A stretch of 64,000 bases of DNA from contig NC_042998.1 in assembly GCF_006345805.1 (NCBI RefSeq), positions 98,704,001 to 98,768,000 of the forward strand, given 5' to 3'. Made by a program: the position numbers and the translations under genes. This DNA comes from Octopus sinensis (taxonomy: Eukaryota). Shown here one piece after another: positions 1-64,000 of the stretch. The notes beneath the pieces were generated by a model. The model did no database searches and was not told where the DNA came from. It worked only from the letters and a program-made list of their open reading frames with translations. Every line of letters begins with the position of its first letter. Position 1 is the first letter of the stretch.

Positions 1-799
1 TGGTGGGAATATTATGGGTTTCCCAGATTATTAATTTTGGCTTTTGTCCTTCTACAACATATTTCAATTAGCACATTCTCTAATTGTCTTCAAGCATGTT
101 TCTTCATATCTATAGGTTTGCTCAAATACTTAGTTGAATTAGAACAAATCTACTCAAGTGTTAATGAAATTTATAATATAAAATAAGGACGTCTTTCCTT
201 GAAACATTACAATACATCTAGACTTATTTTATAAATCTTATTGACTGGACTTCATATAAACTATCATTTGTCTCCTTGGACCTTAGTCTTTTATTTATTC
301 TCTAACTACATAAGCAATACCAATATAAGCACCTATAATAACATAATTATCAATTAGTTTTCAAACTATTTTAAAATGTTAACATGTTGATGCATTAAAC
401 ATGGAAGCATATATACCAGGCAGAGTGATGTATTTTTGAGCTAAGCACTTCATTTCACATTGCTCCCATCCACTCAGCTGTAAATAAGTTTCAACAATAG
501 TTGGGATGTTAACTCAGAGACAGACTGACCACTTGTTCAGCAAGGGAGTCTTGAAATCTCAGTCACTCATACACCATGGAAACTGAATTAAAATCTGGCC
601 TTGTGAGTTATAAGGTTCATGACATACCTACATGTGCCTATGGAATACTCAGCCACTTACAGTGTAATTCAATAAGCAGGTAGTATATTTGATTGAATGA
701 TTGAATACTCATTGTCAAAATGAAGAGAAATCCATTTTGTTTTAACTGATTGTTAAAAGGTAAAGTACAAACCAACATGATTGCCAAATGGCAGGATAG

Positions 800-970
800 A
801 TAGACAGAGATAAACACATGATGATATTCCACACAGTTTCCACCAAATTCACTAACAAAACATTGGTTGGCCCAGGTTATAGTAGAAGACACTTTCCCAG
901 GCTGGGATGCAATGGGACTGAATCTGAACCACACAGTTGCAAAATGAGCTTCTTAACTACACAGCATAGT
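800..970 (-). mobile_element. SINE family A 5' half
   Basis: 'ttatagtagaagacactttccc...gggactgaatc'; similar partial copies at about 39010-39130 and 55580-55730. Confidence 0.65.
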
Positions 971-1266
971 ATAGTAAAGGATAAATACAAAATATCCATT
1001 ATGTATCACAATCATCAGTCATAAGAAAGATGAAATTGAATAATACAAAAATTAGAAAGTGCTTCAAATATAAATTTAAAACAGTCAAAGAAATTGAATT
1101 CAAGTGAAATTTCAAAACTATTTTTCTTGATTTCATTTGAATAACCAGGTGGCACTCCAGCATGAATTGGTAATGATGTCTAAAGTAAACTATAAAAGAA
1201 CTAAAGAAATAACAGTTTTGAACAGAAACAGTTCAGAATAAAATACTTCATACAATATGTATATAC

Positions 1267-60699
<59,433 letters not shown>

Positions 60700-62418
60700 C
60701 TGTAAAGATATCATAACACTAGTTAATACATATACATATTTAACATATGAAATTGACAAGTTTTTATAAAAATATATTATATATATATATAAAGGGAGAA
60801 AGAGAGGGAAATGAAAATGGCTTAAGAATCCATACAAATCAAAGGTTATAGGTAAAAATAAAAACAGAAACAGCATGGATGTATAGTTAAAGATGTATTT
60901 TTACATTTCTTCTTTTAATTGTACAGGATAAGTATTTTTATACACACATACATGTATGTGTGTGTGTGTATATATATATATTATACTATATCATATTATA
61001 TAATATTATACATGTTTATATGTAGGGGCAGCTGGAGATACCAGTAATGTGGGCAGCTGCACACCACAGAGACTCCAGAGTAGCATGTACTAGAGCAGCC
61101 TAATAAAACTACTATACTCTATCTTGAACTTTTCTATTCCAACATGGAGGATAAGGTTAATCATTTAGATGTTAAGGTAATACAGATGATAAGGTTATAA
61201 CTAGCATTTATAATAAAACTAATAGCTTTAATCTTCATATTTCATCTTTGCCCAGGGCATTGAGCAGAATTCCATTAAAAATAGGATATGACATGTTCTC
61301 CAGTCAAGTTATCAGATACAGTAGAATTACAAACATAGTTGATGTATTTGTGGACAAAATTAAACTGGTGATGGAGTATATAGAAAAATAAGGTATTTTC
61401 ATTTAAATGAAAAATAAATAAAATTTTCCAGTAGTCAAATTAAATCAAAGAAGTTGATTTTCAAGTAGTTTCATGTTAGCTCAGTTTTTATTACCATGAA
61501 AAAAATTTTCTTTTAATTACTAATCATTCTCAGCTTGAATATGCAATTATATAGTTTAAGTTGACATGTTAAAATTAAACTGGTCATTTAAAAATTTACA
61601 TTAAATGCAAAAACTAGACAAAAAGCTCACCATGGGTAATTTTAAAAGATATCTTTTTTACAAAATGCCTGACAAATATTTTATTTCTCAATTATAAAGA
61701 ATTTTTCAATAGTAGTATTACTTTTAAACAAAAATGCATTTATATCAAACATATTTTATATATTATATATACATTTGTACTTATATATTCTAATAATGAA
61801 AAATGATATATATGCTGTATTAAAAATGCACACCAAATCAAAGTAGCAAAAAATAATTTTTTGGAATAAATTATTTGCAAGTGGATGATTTTTTAAAACT
61901 ATTTTAATTAAGATTATGTCTCAATAACAACCAAAGATAATTTCTATCAATTGACATGTGTATTGGATGTACATTGGCATGTATGGGTGAGTAGATATAT
62001 GCCTTTATTTTAGGTTGTTTGTGTTCATGTGTAACTGCTATTTGGCATGTGTAATTATCATGATGCTCATTATGAGTTTCATTAAGGTCAATTTGAAAAC
62101 TAGTTAGCTTGGAAATTTAAGAAGTACTTAGAAAAAGAATAAACTCTTCCAACATAGGACAGTATTGATATGAGAGGCTAGCAACCTTTTATCATATAAG
62201 TAGCACTGACAAATTTAGAAAAACAAATAGTTAAGGAATTTCAATAAAAACCTATCTTTAGTACCAATTCAAGAATTGTCCATTTTGTTTTTCAGATATC
62301 ATACTAGATTTAACTACATGCAAACACTTTTCTTCTAGAAATCCAAGTGAAGACATTGTATAGATTGTCATTATTGTCATCATTACTGTTCTTCATACTG
62401 ACATGGGTTGGATGGATC

Positions 62419-63694
62419 TGACTTCAGTAAAGCGTTCGACAGGGTAGACCATAACATCCTACTCTCAAAATTGGCAAATGTTGGAATCCGTGAAAAAGTT
62501 CTACACTGGATTAAGTATTTCCTGGCGAATAGAACACAACATGTTGTAGTTGATGGAGTCCACTCAAACCCAGCAAAAGTCACCAGCGGTGTTCCCCAGG
62601 GAACTGTTTTGGGTCCGCTACTCTTCATAATTTACGTAAACGACCTTTCCAGTGTCGTACATTACTGCAAAGTGAAAATATTCGCTGATGACACTAAGCT
62701 CCAGCAAATCGTCAATGAAGAAGCAGACCGAACTCAACTCCAGTCTGATCTATATGCTGTGAGTCAATGGGCAGACAGAAACAAAATGCAACTGAATGAG
62801 GGAAAATTTGAGCTGATGCATTTCGGAAGAAATTCCTCACTAAAACAACCATACTCTCTTCCTTCAGGGGAACCGCTCACAGCCTCTAACAATATCAGAG
62901 ACCTGGGTGTAATTGTTGATGACGATCTCAGTTGGAGTGCAATCAACAAGAAGGTCGATATAGCTCGTAGGATGAGTTCCTGGATCTTAAGAACTTTCCG
63001 GTCCAGAGAACAAGGTGTCATCATACCACTTTTTTCCTCCTTTGTACGGCCACACCTTGAATACTGCTGCCCACTGTGGTCTCCTCACACAAGACAAAAC
63101 ATCTCCAGAATTGAGTCACCCCAGAGGGCTCTCACTAAACAAACTGAAGGCATGGCTGCTCTCGATTATTGGGATCGCCTTAAAGCCTTGAAACTTTACT
63201 CCCTCCAGCGTCGCTGTGAGCGGTACATCATTTGTACGATGTGGAAAATATACCGCCAACTTTGCCCAAACGACCTAAACATTAGCTTCAAGGTTCATCC
63301 AAGACTTGGACCACAGGCTATACGTCCCCTGCCAAATTCAAGATCACAACATACATGTACACTGCAACATAATTTCTTTTCCTCAACAGGCCCTGCCCTA
63401 TTTAACATTGTCCTGAGGGAGATCAAAGAGGAAAAGGATCCCATCAACTTTAAACAGAGTCTGGATAGATTCCTTCAAAGAATACCAGATAAGCCACCCA
63501 TAATTGGATACAACTCACCCAACAAGAGCTCACTACTTGAACAAAACTGGATACAACTCACCCAACAAGAACTCACTACTTAAACAAAACTTGACTTAAA
63601 CAGGATTCGAATAATCCTATCAGGTGGTGCTATTAAGTTAGACATGGCCTGGACCAATCTTTGGTCGAAACATATCTAAGTTTATCTAAGTCTA

Positions 63695-63700
<6 letters not shown>
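62419..63700 (+). mobile_element. CR1-clade LINE, 5'-truncated inside RT, frame open to the C-terminus; short-repeat 3' tail
   Basis: ORF 62408-63583: DFSKAFDRV, SGVPQGTVLGPLLF, FADDTK, DLGVIVDDDLSW, VRPHLEYCCPLWSP, LKLYSLQRR; tail (ATCTAAGT)-like repeats at about 63671-63700. Confidence 0.93.
63506..63591 (+). repeat. 43-bp tandem duplication at the end of the CR1 ORF
   Basis: ggatacaactcacccaacaaga(g/a)ctcactactt(g/a)aacaaaact occurs twice, 2 mismatches. Confidence 0.9.
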
Positions 63701-63731
<31 letters not shown>

Positions 63732-64000
63732 CTACATTTGCATTGTTAAAATGTTTTTATTACTTTCCTGTTTCTATGTTCAGATTATAATCCATAGAAC
63801 ATGATACAAAATTCTGAAAACCAGCAGACTTTACTTAGTGAGTTAAAGTTAAAACTACATAACCAAACCAAATCATGAATGAAAGATATCACTGTGTAAC
63901 AAATTTTAATTTTTTTTCTTCTTTTTGTCTTTGGTCAGTGTTATTTCCTAGTTGTTTCTCTTTAGAAATCAAAGGAAAAGACTACACTTCCCTTCAAACT

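Noticed and set aside
63740-63810. Candidate next upstream UNC80 exon (ttttcag|AATTTTG...)
   Set aside because: No resemblance to the expected DFLHALLGFC region and no good donor; that exon is probably outside the window.

Overview
Very AT-rich, microsatellite-laden animal genomic DNA. The repeat landscape (RTE LINEs with (GAT)n tails, two tRNA-type SINE families, abundant (TA)n) looks like a coleoid cephalopod, probably Octopus; this is inferred, not proven. The window lies almost wholly inside one minus-strand gene, UNC80 (scaffold subunit of the NALCN leak-channel complex). Eight coding exons were traced by hand: 60699-60521, 55053-54875, 51707-51575, 49783-49627, 31008-30781, 4715-4528, 3406-3191 and 1402-1267. 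They total 1416 nt, have compatible phases throughout and include one GC-AG intron. The gene continues beyond both window edges. The introns hold a 5'-truncated young RTE LINE with a PHD-type finger inserted in its RT region, a CR1-type RT fragment with a 391-codon open frame, decayed RTE/CR1/L2 copies, two mariner derivatives, piggyBac- and hAT-type MITEs, SINE pile-ups, and Penelope-like (PLE) RT and GIY-YIG fragments. Main hunt result: two type I hammerhead ribozyme folds with intact catalytic cores. One sits in the 3' region of the GIY-YIG PLE fragment (47292-47355). The other sits in an ORF-less, direct-repeat-flanked, structured ~320-nt island (21344-21664) that resembles a retrozyme or solo PLE terminal repeat. 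Several core-mutated relatives also occur. Both intact cores are antisense to UNC80, while the clearest sense-strand copies carry a G5->A core change. Several long fold-back structures could form dsRNA in the pre-mRNA. A 100-N assembly gap lies at 25210-25309.
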